A stretch of DNA of 64,000 nucleotides. It comes from Phyllobates terribilis (taxonomy: Eukaryota). The DNA lies in NCBI RefSeq assembly GCF_046119375.1, contig NW_027362763.1, positions 152,520,001 through 152,584,000 on the forward strand. Reading direction: 5' to 3'. Shown one piece after another: positions 1-13,342 of the stretch. The stretch's first letter is position 1; each line of letters begins with the position of its first letter. The translations under genes were made by a program, and so were the position numbers. The notes under the pieces were generated by a model. It was not told the DNA's origin and searched no databases. It saw only the letters and a program-made list of their open reading frames with translations.

Positions 1-275
1 ATCAGACCTATTGTATGTAATGATGCATTATTATTATTCTGCCTCCTCTGTGTGATGTCCCTTATCCTCCCCTGCAGTACAGTGATATATGTGTATGGGG
101 GATATCCCCCTATAATATAAGAGTGTCTGTGGAGGGTCCGGCTTGTATCACATCCTCTACATCTGCTGCAGTGTAATCAGTGAGGACATCATATAGAAGT
201 GAGACCTTCCTGCATCTGGGGCTTTTACTCTCCTGCGGTTTCTATGTCTTATTGTCATTTCTTTTTCCTTTTTAG

Positions 276-3200
276 GCCTTGATCGGATCATTAAACCCTT
301 TGAGACTTCCTTGTAAGAACGACTATAAGCTGATCAAACTGATCAGCTTTGGATCTTTTGGGTGAGCTTTATTTTGCTATAATATTTATTTCCCAGGGCT
401 CCTTATGATGATGCCTATGTCTCTGTGACCTGCCCATGTAATGTTCCCATAGACAAATTATATGACTCCACATCACTGTCCACATCTATCACTATTTAGG
501 TCAGGTAGGATGTGACGTGGATGAGGAGATCATTTGAGGAGTGTTGTTTTATGTAATTTTAGACCTGGATTCCTAGTGACGCCCAACATGTTATATCGAC
601 CATTAGTACAGGAGATCACTTGATGAGGTCTATAGACTCATTGTTAGTAAGAATTCATAATAAATCTTGGATTTTCCTCCACTTCAGAGCCGTCCACTTA
701 GTGCGCCATAAAGACACAAATAAAGTATGCGCTATGAAGAAAATGGACAAGCAGAACCTGAAAGACCCAGAGGAACTGGAACGAGCCTTTCTGGAGAGGG
801 ACATCTCAATCTTTGCTGATTGTCCCTTTGTGGCCTCCATGTTCTGCTCCTTTCCTACTAAGCTTCATCTCTGTATGGTTATGGAGTATGTACCAGGTAG
901 GACACATTCATTGTATCTATATCCAGCCCACATCTGCTTAATCCTAGCACCATATATATATTCACCCTCATGATGTACAATTTACATTGTAACAAACCCT
1001 CACCTGTCATATCTGCTTTCTCCTGTAGGAGGAGACTGTGGCAAGCTTTTAAAGTACAGGGGTGCTTTACCTGTCCCCCTTGCCCGTATGTACATTGCGG
1101 AAACAATTCTTGCTGTGGAATATCTGCACAACTATGGTGTGGTGCACAGAGACCTGAAGCCTGAGAAGTAAGTGACCCCTGTAATATAATATAGGGGAAG
1201 AAAATGTAAGTTTATTACATAGTCTATGAGTTATTACTTGGGGCTGACACCATCTTCCTTTCACAGCCTCCTGATAACATCAGCAGGACATATTAAAGTC
1301 ACTGATTTTGGGCTTTCCAAACTCGGCCTCATGAGACCAACATCAGACATCTACCAGGCTCCATTTGAGGACATCACCAGCGAGTTCCTTGATAGTGAGG
1401 TCAGCTTTACTTACAGGATCTTGTACTTCACAAATCTCACCTCTTTCTCCTTTAATTTCTCATCTAGAAAATGTTTTCTATGATGTCATTTGTCGCAATT
1501 ATATTTATTGATCATCATCTCATTGTTCTGTTGGTTTCCAGGCTGTTGGCACCCCTAGATACGTAGCTCCAGAAGTCATCTTAATGAAAGGATATGGAAG
1601 ACCTGTTGACTGGTGGTCAATAGGGATCATCCTATATGAATTTCTTTATGGATTTACACCATTTAATGGAGCTTCCAAAAGGGAGATTTATCACAGTATC
1701 CTCAGGGGTAAGTAAAATCATCTGAATGCTATGTGATCTCACAGTTATTTGGTTTTCTTGATCCTGTGGTTTATTTCCCAACTTTGTTAAGAAAACTGAT
1801 GTTCATGAAAATAAATAAAGAGGTTTTATTTCTTGTAATATTTGTTTTTTATATAACAGATGACATAACTTGGACATATGATAAATACTCTCCTCCCCGC
1901 GATGCTCGGGGCATCATAACGGAGCTGCTCAGAAAAAATCCAACACATAGACTTGGGACAGGTAATATTATAATAGTATTCTTTATGACTTATTACACCT
2001 CTGTGACCAGAAAAATGATCTAGTCCATTAGGATCAGCACTGAGATTCTCTACCTACCTTCAGTACATTTCCGTTACATCTTCAGTTTAGATTAGCATAA
2101 ACTATACAGATATGGAGCAGTTTCTCTGACAATTACTGTATCACTTTCTTTCTTGTCTTCCATTTCCAGAAGGAGCAAATGAGATCAAATTTCATCAATT
2201 TCTGCGTTACTTAGACTTTGACAACCTTCTAAGTCAGAAGCCCCTGTTTGTTCCTGATCTAAAGTCAGATGAGGACACTCGCTACTTTACCAGTAAGTAA
2301 AATGAGACGTAATCTACAGGAAACTGCCGTGTGTCTTGTCATTCATTTTATGTGACAATTAGTCATAACCTGGTGACTGTACGACACTGGTCTTATACTA
2401 ATTATCTCTGATAATAATTGTATTTTGCAGCTCGCTCTAGAACATACAAACATACTGATTCAGATGAGGGCGACACAAGTGGGGACAAAGACTGGACAGA
2501 AGTCCAGAATTTTGTATCATCTTCTGAAAGATTTTCTAAAGTAAGTATGTTACAAATAAAATGTATAAGGCCATGTGCACACAGTGAGTGTTTAATGAGT
2601 TTTTTACCTCAGTATTTTTAAGCCAAAATATTAAGTGGGACAGGGAGAGGAAAAGTATAATAGAAACACGTCACCACTTCTGTATTTTTCACCCACTCCT
2701 GGTTTTGGCTTACATATACTGAGATAAAAAACTCACCAATACTCAATGTGTGCATATGGCCTAAAACCTATAATTAGAAAAAAGTTTAAAAATAAATCAA
2801 TTTTATATTTCTCCGTTCGTTTTAGCTATATCCCACCAATACTGGGATAATGAACAATGAAGAGAAGCCTATGTCATCTTCAGAGTGCTCCCCAGAGAAC
2901 AGCAAAAAAGGCTCAGACATGTGAGTAGATTATTATTATCATTATTATGAGATTCAGTTCTGATATATGTTCAGATCCAAATACAAGACACAAGTAACAT
3001 AAATCTAAATCCAGCATCCACCACCCCATGATTGCAGATCTCAGTGGATCTGGATTGTGATAACACTGCAGTAACAACTGATCAATTTGACCCACTATTC
3101 ATTTCCAGTTCACTACGAACAATATTACTAGTTAGACTCCATTCTTGCTGGTAGAATGGGGTCCTGAGCAGGATGCCCCCTTCATGGTGTCCTAATTGGC

Positions 3201-3971
3201 CTTACAGACAGCTGCTTTTCCATTTTTCTATTGTTTTTCCTTGTAATTGACTTGTCTTTCTTCTTCTAATCAGGCAGAGAGAGATTTCTTCTTCCAAAAC
3301 GGATGATGACAATCAGTGTTTTCCTGCTAAAACCAGCGAGTCATCCTCATCCTCGTCCTCAGTGTCAGGTATGTACAGATTTATAGGAAATCCTATTATA
3401 GCCTATAATGCAAAAGTGTAATGTGCATATTAGTCAGTTTACATAACTCTATATAGACACAAAGCTAATCTTTTAGAAGTTTATAATCAGCATCTGTTTC
3501 TGACTTTTTCATTAGAATCTCCTGTTCAGAAGAGAAGAAATTTTTTTCTAAAGCTGAGAAAACAAGACAAAACTGAGAAAGTAGAAGAGGGGGAACGTAG
3601 GCGAGGTAAGTGTGACAATAAGCTCCATGTTGTATGATGTCAGTGAGAAGGATTCATGTGGAGCAGATGTTATCTGTCAGTGGTGGGATTGTCACATGTA
3701 TGATGACTGACACTGATCCCGTACCTCTGTATGGAGAAGATTCCTCTCCCGTCCTCCCACAGTGACACCACAGTAGTATCCTGTAATATGGACTTCCATT
3801 ACTTACATCAGTTTTACATCTTTTCTCATAGTTTCTCTCTTCTGCCGGATGATATCATCCTGCCGGCGTGGATTGTCCCGGGCTGCTCGCGCTGTCAGAG
3901 AAAGCTACATTTTTGCATGCTGTCAACAGGGCACCATAGACATCTCAAGGACAGAAAACCCCAACATCTAG
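276..3971 (+). CDS. MAST-like AGC Ser/Thr kinase, copy A (5' partial; exons 5-16 of the copy-B model, 495 aa in window)
   Basis: Manually spliced GT-AG exons: 276-361, 688-896, 1029-1167, 1267-1399, 1542-1707, 1860-1961, 2170-2292, 2431-2540, 2826-2920, 3274-3368, 3516-3605, 3832-3971 (TAG). All phases are compatible, with no internal stop. Motifs: [71 protein letters not shown]. These match the MAST kinase domain. No specific MAST1-4 orthology assigned. Confidence 0.9.
2569..2761. mobile_element. 193-bp Tourist/Harbinger-type MITE in the intron after exon 12 of copy A
   Basis: TAA|GGCCATGTGCACAC...GTGTGCATATGGCC|TAA: terminal inverted repeats with a 3-bp TAA duplication. Same internal sequence as 26746-26939. 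Confidence 0.8.
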
Positions 3972-4116
3972 CTCCCTGAAGAACGTGCAGCACATCCTCC
4001 ATCAATGCTGTACCTGTATGGAAGGACTTGTACATCTACCTGTGGCCTTCAAGAAACATCTTCAAAAGCTGAAGGCCTCTCCATGAACATCTCTTCATCC
4101 TTTCCATCAATGCTTA

Positions 4117-4122
4117 ATTAAA
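4117..4122 (+). terminator. Candidate polyadenylation signal ATTAAA of copy A (34817-34822 in copy B)
   Basis: ATTAAA variant ~145 nt after the stop, conserved in both copies. No transcript evidence. Confidence 0.35.
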
Positions 4123-5815
4123 AAATATCTATAAATCAAAATATAAAATTGAATAATGTCCTTTTGAATCTAATTGAATAATAGTGCCATTAGTGGCATA
4201 TCAATATCATACTTGTCATAAATGTCTGATGGGTTGGACACCAAACAGGTGAAGATTGGTTCTATATCTCCCAGTAATCCTCTAAACCCCCGGCCAAGAG
4301 TGGAGGAGATGACCAGAGGTTCTGTTATTCCTAAGGGTGCGTGCACATAGCACTTTATAGACACCAGCATGCCCACTGAGGTTTTTCTATAGGAAGATGT
4401 TTCAGGAAAATGTAGACAGTGTTTTTCCTCAGTAATCTTTATTTGTAATTTTTGCAGTTGGCATCTTTTTTTGTTAACTATGTATAAAGTAGTGAGGGTC
4501 TTCTAAACAGAAGCCACCAGCAGAATGAACAAGTCACTTCCATTATCCACTTCATAAATTTTAAAGCCAAAAGTGGAAAGAAAATGTTGAAAAAGACTCA
4601 AACATACAGTATACACAGCAAATTGTTTTTACATTGAACACATGCGATCATTTAAATTTTTATTGAGTGCTTTTTATGAGGGATCCATGCGGAATCCACC
4701 AGAAGAAGAACTCAGAAGAAGAACTCAGATGCTTTTTCCTTAGTGGATCTCTATTTCAGTTCTATGCACAAGAACAAGCTGGATTCTGTGCTGCAGATTC
4801 TGGGGGTCCCAGCAGTCACACCCCACCAGAGGTGAAGCCAAGGGTTCAGCATAGGGGAGGTGACACATCTGAATGGGTCCTAACTAGGTAACCTTGTTGC
4901 AACTACGGTTGCACACCCTAACTGTGTGTATAGGGGAATCTCAGCAGATGACCGGCTGTTACTGAAAATAAATCTCTACAAAAACCAAAGCAATATTACT
5001 GCCACATGGTGACCATATAGTTGTAGATCACAGGCCTGCGGAATACATTAAAAGATTACACTACAGTTATAGATTGTGTATAGGGAATATAAGTATATAT
5101 AGATTCACTGTTCCCATCTTTTCCATCTGGCCCAGACCGATATGACAGCTTCTTCCAGACATGACTTGTCTACAAAGAACTATTTGACTTCTCAAATTTC
5201 CAGCACCGTCCCCATCTATTAATGACCTGCACAATCTCCTCACCCTGCTGATACCACAATGCTGAGCCGCTGATGCGTATGTGTTACTATACTGCACCTG
5301 CTGTGTGGTATGATAGCAGTGCTCCTGTTACTGCCCCACATACTTATGCCCACCACTGTGCCCCTTACATAGTAATAATGCCTCCTTTGTGCTATCTAGA
5401 TAGTAGAATTACCCTCTAGAAAATATTAATGCTTTGTGTAAGTGTCCAAGAAATAGTTATCACTGAAAGAAGACTTATTAAACTCAGAAATATTAAAATA
5501 TATCACTGAATTAGGTGAACTATTAAGATAAAATATAACTTTTATTTACAATATTAAAATAGTTTTTATTCAATTCCACCGTGCTATGTGAAAGTCTATC
5601 CAGCTATTAATCACCCATAGTGCCATACTGTCTGCTGGATAATAATATATGGCAATGATACCAATACTAGGTCATAGGTGCAGTGTGGATATTATACACG
5701 GCTGGTGATATTACTGCTGGCTGTATATACCACTTATTGTGCCGCTCTGTATATTATTATATCAGTCCCATCCTTATCTATGAGCAGAATATTACAGCTC
5801 ACAATTACACTGTAA

Positions 5816-8800
5816 GGCTATGTGCCCACGATGCAGAAATGCTCCGGATTTTTTTCTGAGCGTTTCTGCATCTCCCCTGGCAGAAAAAACGCATGTGGAT
5901 TGTACATGCGGATTGTACATGCAGATTGTACATGCGGATTGTACATGTGGATTGTACATGCGGATTGTATATGTGGATTGTACATGCGGATTGTACATGC
6001 GGATTGTACATGCGGATTGTATATGCGGATTGTACATGTGGATTGTACATGCGGATTGTACATGCGGATTGTACATGCGGATTGTACATGCGGATTGTAC
6101 ATGCTGATTGTATATGCGGATTGTACATGCGGATTGTACATGCGGATTGTACATGCGGATTGTATATGCGGATTGTACATGTGGATTGTACATGCGGATT
6201 GTACATGCGGATTGTACATGCGGATTGTACATGCAGATTGTACATGCGGATTGTACATGTGGATTGTACATGCGGATTGTATATGCGGATTGTACATGCG
6301 GATTGTACATGCGGATTGTACATGCGGATTGTACATGCGGATTGTATATGCGGATTGTACATGTGGATTGTACATGCGGATTGTACATGTGGATTGTACA
6401 TGCGGATTGTATATGCGGATTGTACATGCAGATTGTACATGTGGATTGTACATGCGGATTGTACATGCGGATTGTATATGCGGATTGTACATGCGGATTG
6501 TACATGTGGATTGTACATGCGGATTGTACATGTGGATTGTACATGCGGATTGTATATGCGGATTGTACATGCAGATTGTACATGTGGAATGTACATGCGG
6601 ATTGTACATGTGGATTGTACATGTGGATTGTACATGCGGATTGTACATGCGGATTGTACATACGGATTGTACATGCAGATTGTACATGTGGATTGTACAT
6701 GCGGATTGTACATGTGGATTGTATATGCGGATTGTACATGCGGATTGTACATGTGGATTGTACATGCGGATTGTACATGCGGATTGTATATGCAGATTGT
6801 ACATGCAGATTGTACATGTGGAATGTACATGCGGATTGTACATGTGGATTGTACATGTGGATTGTACATGCGGATTGTACATGCGGATTGTACATACGGA
6901 TTGTACATGCAGATTGTACATGTGGATTGTACATGCGGATTGTACATGCGGATTGTATATGCGGATTGTACATGCAGATTGTACATGTGGATTGTACATG
7001 CGGATTGTACATGCGGATTGTACATACGGATTGTACATGCAGATTGTACATGTGGATTGTACATGCGGATTGAACATGCGGATTGTATATGCGGATTGTA
7101 CATGTGGATTGTACATGTGGATTGTACATGCGGATTGTACATGTGGATTGTACATGCGGATTGTATATGCGGATTGTACATGCAGATTGTACATGTGGAA
7201 TGTACATGCGGATTTTACATGTGGATTGTACATGTGGATTGTACATGCGGATTGTACATGCGGATTGTACATACGGATTGTACATGCAGATTGTACATGT
7301 GGATTGTACATGCGGATTGTACATGTGGATTGTATATGCGGATTGTACATGCAGATTGTACATGTGGATTGTACATGCGGATTGTACATGCGGATTGTAT
7401 ATGCGGATTGTACCTGCGGATTGTACATGTGGATTGTACATGCAGATTGTACATGCAGATTGTACATGTGGATTGTATATGCGGATTGTACATGCAGATT
7501 GTACATGTGGATTGTACATGCGGATTGTACATGCGGATTGTATATGCGGATTGTACATGCAGATTGTACATGTGGATTGTACATGCGGATTGTACATGCG
7601 GATTGTACATACGGATTGTACATGCAGATTGTACATGTGGATTGTACATGCGGATTGTACATGCGGATTGTATATGCGGATTGTACATGCAGATTGTACA
7701 TGTGGATTGTACATGCGGATTGTACATGTGGATTGTACATGCGGATTGTATATGCGGATTGTACATGCAGATTGTACATGTGGAATGTACATGCGGATTG
7801 TACATGTGGATTGTACATGTGGATTGTACATGCGGATTGTACATGCGGATTGTACATACGGATTGTACATGCAGATTGTACATGTGGATTGTACATGCGG
7901 ATTGTACATGTGGATTGTATATGCGGATTGTACATGCAGATTGTACATGTGGATTGTACATGCGGATTGTACATGCGGATTGTACATGCGGATTGTACAT
8001 GTGGATTGTACATGCAGATTGTACATGCGGATTGTACATGTGGATTGTACATGCGGATTGTACATGCGGATTGTACATACGGATTGTACATGCAGATTGT
8101 ACATGTGGATTGTACATGCGGATTGTACATGTGGATTGTATATGCGGATTGTACATGCAGATTGTACATGTGGATTGTACATGCGGATTGTACATGCGGA
8201 TTGTATATGCGGATTGTACATGCAGATTGTACATGTGGATTGTACATGCGGATTGTACATGCGGATTGTACATACGGATTGTACATGCAGATTGTACATG
8301 TGGATTGTACATGTGGATTGTACATGCGGATTGTACATGCGGATTGTATATGCGGATTGTACATGCAGATTGTACATGTGGATTGTACATGCGGATTGTA
8401 CATGTGGATTGTACATGCGGATTGTATATGCGGATTGTACATGCAGATTGTACATGTGGAATGTACATGCGGATTGTACATGTGGATTGTACATGTGGAT
8501 TGTACATGCGGATTGTACATGCGGATTGTACATACGGATTGTACATGCAGATTGTACATGTGGATTGTACATGCGGATTGTACATGTGGATTGTATATGC
8601 GGATTGTACATGCAGATTGTACATGTGGATTGTACATGCGGATTGTACATGCGGATTGTATATGCGGATTGTACATGCGGATTGTATATGCGGATTGTAC
8701 ATGCGGATTGTACATGTGGATTGTACATGCAGATTGTACATGCAGATTGTACATGTGGATTGTACATGCGGATTGTACATGCGGATTGTACATACGGATT

Positions 8801-10297
8801 GTACATGCAGATTGTACATGTGGATTGTACATGCGGATTGTACATGTGGATTGTATATGCGGATTGTACATGCAGATTGTACATGTGGATTGTACATGCG
8901 GATTGTACATGCGGATTGTATATGCGGATTGTACATGCAGATTGTACATGTGGATTGTACATGCAGATTGTACATGTGGATTGTACATGCGGATTGTACA
9001 TGCGGATTGTACATACGGATTGTACATGCAGATTGTACATGCAGATTGTACATGTGGATTGTACATGCGGATTGTACATGTGGATTGTATATGCGGATTG
9101 TACATGCAGATTGTACATGTGGATTGTACATGCGGATTGTACATGCGGATTGTATATGCGGATTGTACATGCAGATTGTACATGTGGATTGTACATGCGG
9201 ATTGTACATGCGGATTGTACATACGGATTGTACATGCAGATTGTACATGTGGATTGTACATGCGGATTGTACATGCGGATTGTATATGCGGATTGTACAT
9301 GCAGATTGTACATGTGGATTGTACATGCGGATTGTACATGTGGATTGTACATGCGGATTGTATATGCGGATTGTACATGCGGATTGTACATACGGATTGT
9401 ACATGTGGATTGTACATGCAGATTGTACATGTGGATTGTACATGCGGATTGTACATGTGGATTGTACATGTGGATTGTATATGCGGATTGTACATGCAGA
9501 TTGTACATGTGGATTGTACATGCGGATTGTACATGCGGATTGTACATGCGGATTGTACATGTGGATTGTATATGCGGATTGTACATGCAGATTGTACATG
9601 TGGATTGTACATGTGGATTGTACATGTGGATTGTACATGCGGATTGTACATGCGGATTGTACATACGGATTGTACATGCAGATTGTACATGTGGATTGTA
9701 CATGCGGATTGTACATGTGGATTGTATATGCGGATTGTACATGCAGATTGTACATGTGGATTGTACATGCGGATTGTACATGCGGATTGTATATGTGGAT
9801 TGTACATGCGGATTGTACATGTGGATTGTACATGCAGATTGTACATGCAGATTGTACATGTGGATTGTACATGCGGATTGTACATGCGGATTGTACATAC
9901 GGATTGTACATGCAGATTGTACATGTGGATTGTACATGCGGATTGTACATGCGGATTGTACATGCGGGTTGACAAGCGTTTTCCAAGCGATTTTAGCATC
10001 ACTTGGAAAGTGCTTGTCAGCTTGGTCACACTATATAAATCTATGCAAACAGCGTAATCCATGCTTTCCAATGCAAGTCAATGACGGCGAAAACACAGCG
10101 CTTCCGCAAGATAATTAGTAGTGTTGCTTTTTTTTCCGCAATGATTATCCGCAGCGGAAATTTCCGCAGAATGTCCACAGCACATGTGGATTATCATTGG
10201 GGACATGGCAGGCCTTCTACCATGCGTTTTTTAAGCGTTTCTGCGGCATTTTTGCTGCTGTGGAAACGCTTAAAAAGCGCATCGTGGGCACACAGCC
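5816..10297. mobile_element. Harbinger/Tourist-type MITE, unit A, inflated by an internal satellite
   Basis: TIRs GGCTATGTGCCCACGATGC (5816) and GCATCGTGGGCACACAGCC (10279-10297), one mismatch. The paralog at 36516-37389 is 874 bp; lengths reconcile exactly (874-91+4069-58-312=4482). Confidence 0.8.
5896..9964. repeat. 13-bp tandem satellite (consensus CGGATTGTACATG), 313 units
   Basis: 4069 bp = 313 x 13. Variant units TGG/CAG for CGG, TAT for TAC, CATACGG, GGAATGTA. Explains the >1300-aa artefactual ORFs on both strands. Confidence 0.98.
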
Positions 10298-12539
10298 TCT
10301 GTGAGGATTCATGGTGTCAGTGGAAATCTTCCATGGGTGGAGACAAAGTTGCAACTATCAAGTCCAGGTTGTCTGAGGGAGGATGAATATATTGTGTCTA
10401 TTTCTCTCTCTCCCCCTGATCTGCCTGGATATATGAATCCTCCATCCTCTGTACAGCACCAGCATTACTGCATTATAGAAAGGTCTCCCAATAAGATATC
10501 TACTGAAATAAGGAGTCTGCCTGCCTCTGTATAACTCCTCTAACTACTTGCTGGATTACAATATCACAATTATAAACCCAGGCAGAGATAAAGGGCGTCC
10601 TTATATGCCCCAATAAGATTTGTGTCCAGGTTTACCAGGTCTTAATATCCTCTAGTGGTATTTTGCCTTTAAATATAACCCAGTATTAAAGTGCATTGGA
10701 GTATAACGTTCCTCCAGTACAGTAATAGTGCGTATTAGGTCACAATGCGTTTCGTCCACTCTAAGTTTGCAAATAGCGCCCCCGCTCAATGATGGCTGGT
10801 CCTGGTGTCCCCTAGTAGGGCCTATCCAACTCAGACCACCACCAACCAGAACCAGTCAATACTTAAAAACCAATCAACAGAGCATGTCGTTGACCTATTA
10901 TCCTCAAGAAGATTTAAGACATTAACAGTTAATCAAGTCAGGATAAATCCAGTAGATCAGTACTTGTGATGGAGTAATTATAGATACACAGTGTTAAATA
11001 TACATTACTCACAAAAAGTTAGGGATATTTGATTTTCGGGCAAAATTTATGTAAAATGTAAAAAGTTCACGCTACAGTGATATTTTATCATGAAAGTAGG
11101 GCATTTAAGTAGAAGCGTACAGGGGCCCCAAAGGAGAGGGGGCCCGATCAGCTGCTGCAATGTCTGGTTGTCACATAGAGCCAGCGGCAACATCTCCACT
11201 AAGAGGAGAGGAAGAGGCCCGTACCTGATTCATTTCCGGTCACACAGGGACCTGCACTCCGCAAAATATGTCAGAATGGGCCCTTTTCTCTCCTCTTAGT
11301 TGGTGCTGCTGGTTCTATGCTGCAGGAGCTCGAGATTCCTGGACACGCCCCATGGACTCGCCTGGCCTATTAGCATTCAGGCACAGGCAGGAGGAAGCAG
11401 GCCTGGTAAGTATGGCTGCTGTTCTCAGCCAATCCTGTCTCCTGCTTCTTCACTGCCTCTGACTGCAGCTCTGAACAGCCTCCAAGCAGTCAGTACACCT
11501 GATAACTCTCCTTCCTTCTGAGCAGTTCTTATAACTGATCTGCCTGATCAATGTTCTCATGAGCTATTACATTAATCCCCCATGCCCTCCTGAGGGGGCT
11601 TTACTGGACAACTGCTGCACTGGCCCATTCACAAGCAGTAGCTGCAGTGTGAATGCTGCCTGAGTGGCTCAGTTCCCCAATAAATCCCACTTAGTACAGG
11701 GGGTGGTAAGTGGCTGCAGGAGGGAGAGGAGGTTGATGTGATGGCCGATGGTACTATGGGTCAGTTGCTCAGAACTTCTCAGGAGGCTAGTGTCAGATTT
11801 ACTAACTGCATGGATGTATTGAGGAGACAGGACTGGCTGACAGCTGGAGATCTGGCCAGTAGTGCTGATGGAGGACAGAAGACCAACGGGAAGGAGCTGC
11901 CGAAGATGGGAGAATGCACCTGCCAGAGGGACATCATATGTAAGTATGTGTACTGTATGTACCTGTGTAGTGTTTATATGTATCTCTGTGCACTGATGTA
12001 CTGAGATTATCTGTGTATGTACAGTATGTGTGTATTCACACAGATAACCACAGTACAATATACTGTATATATGGTAGTATCTGAGTGTACAGTAGTTATC
12101 TATGTGTATATATATCTGTAGACAGTATGCGTAAAGGTAAATATCACTTTACCCCAGGTTTCCTGGGAGCAGACAAATTACCAGTGCAGCTGCATCGAGG
12201 TGGAGGGTGGCCCACTGACACCAGCAAATATTTCAGCTATGTGTGTATCCTCGGACGTGCATTCCCCTGAAACATATTGCAATGCAGGGGATCCACCCGC
12301 TCCCTGCACTGCAGTCCAATTTGCAGCCAGCTGCTGACCTCGGCATGCCCATGACTGGTGGCAATGACGTCATGCATGATCATGGGGACACCGAAGTCAG
12401 CTGGCGGCTCCGGTTCCTGGTCAGCTTGGTCGCCATAAAAGGAGGGAGGCCCAAACACATTTCTTGCACAGGGGCCCCAAGCTGTCTGTGTCCACAGGGG
12501 CTTCTCACTGTAACATTCACAAAGTATTCAGCAGTTCTG

Positions 12540-13342
12540 TATTGACTAGACGCACCTGCCCACACTGTAACACCACCATCACCACCACTTGTCTGGTGAC
12601 AACAGTGGCTGATGCAGAGCGCTCTCCTTGACATCTCCAACATTGTTGGCAGCAATCATATAAGCTCAGCGTGAATCGACTTTCATCAGTGAACAGCACT
12701 GAGGCCCACTGGTCTCACGTCCAGCATAAATGCTCACTGGCACTTGATAGTGTGGTCAGGTACACTTGCAGGTCATCTAGCACGCAGATCACACTGATGT
12801 AAACAGTTTCGAGAGTCTAACGTGACACTTGGATGCCTCTCACCTTCTTTAAATGTGTTGTGTGGCATTCATCATTCGGTTCCAAAGAGCATTGTTCACA
12901 ATGAAACCGTCATCAATGTGGGATGTGGCCAAAGGACGTCCACTTCTCTGCCTTTCTGTAACTCTTTCAGTCTCTCTGTATCTCTATTGCAACCTGCTGA
13001 TGACACTCTTTGATGCTCTAAGCTCAGTGGCCACTGTGAACATCCTGCTTGAAGCCTCGCAATGGCAAAGTACTGTTGATCAATTGTTAGGTGTTGTCTT
13101 GGTCTCATAATGTCAAAATGTGAACAGCACGATGAGGAGGACAATTTAAATACCAATCCTAATTGAACCCCCAAAATATATTGGCCGATTCATGAATCAA
13201 ACACCTGTTGTGAATTTTACCAATAAGATCCATGTTAGAGAATAGCAAGTTGTGCAAAAAGTCCTGAAACATTGAACAGTTGGACATGTGCATTCAAAAG
13301 TTTAGAGAAGGTCACATTAAGTTCACCTGAAAAGGTTAGAGT
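12540..13342 (-). mobile_element. Degenerate Tc1/mariner transposase fragment, unit A
   Basis: Minus-strand LFTDESRFTL...QQCWRCQGER, typical of the first catalytic D region of Tc1 transposases. Interrupted at 13343 by a hAT end. Confidence 0.7.

Noticed and set aside
620-2621. ORF-track starts such as 620, 1226, 1733 and 2418 as independent small genes
   Set aside because: They are kinase exons read through into flanking intron; splice sites give one coherent gene.
5792-10118. Several 900-1400-aa ORFs (MYNPHVQSACTIR / CGLYMRIVHADCT repeats) resembling a Cys/His-rich repeat protein
   Set aside because: They arise because the 13-bp satellite has almost no stop codons in any frame. They occur on both strands in overlapping frames, and the paralogous site has only 7 units.
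10700-11000. AATGCGTTTCG motif suggestive of a Penelope/DIRS-type remnant
   Set aside because: Only a short motif, altered in unit B, with no supporting coding remnant; not enough to call.
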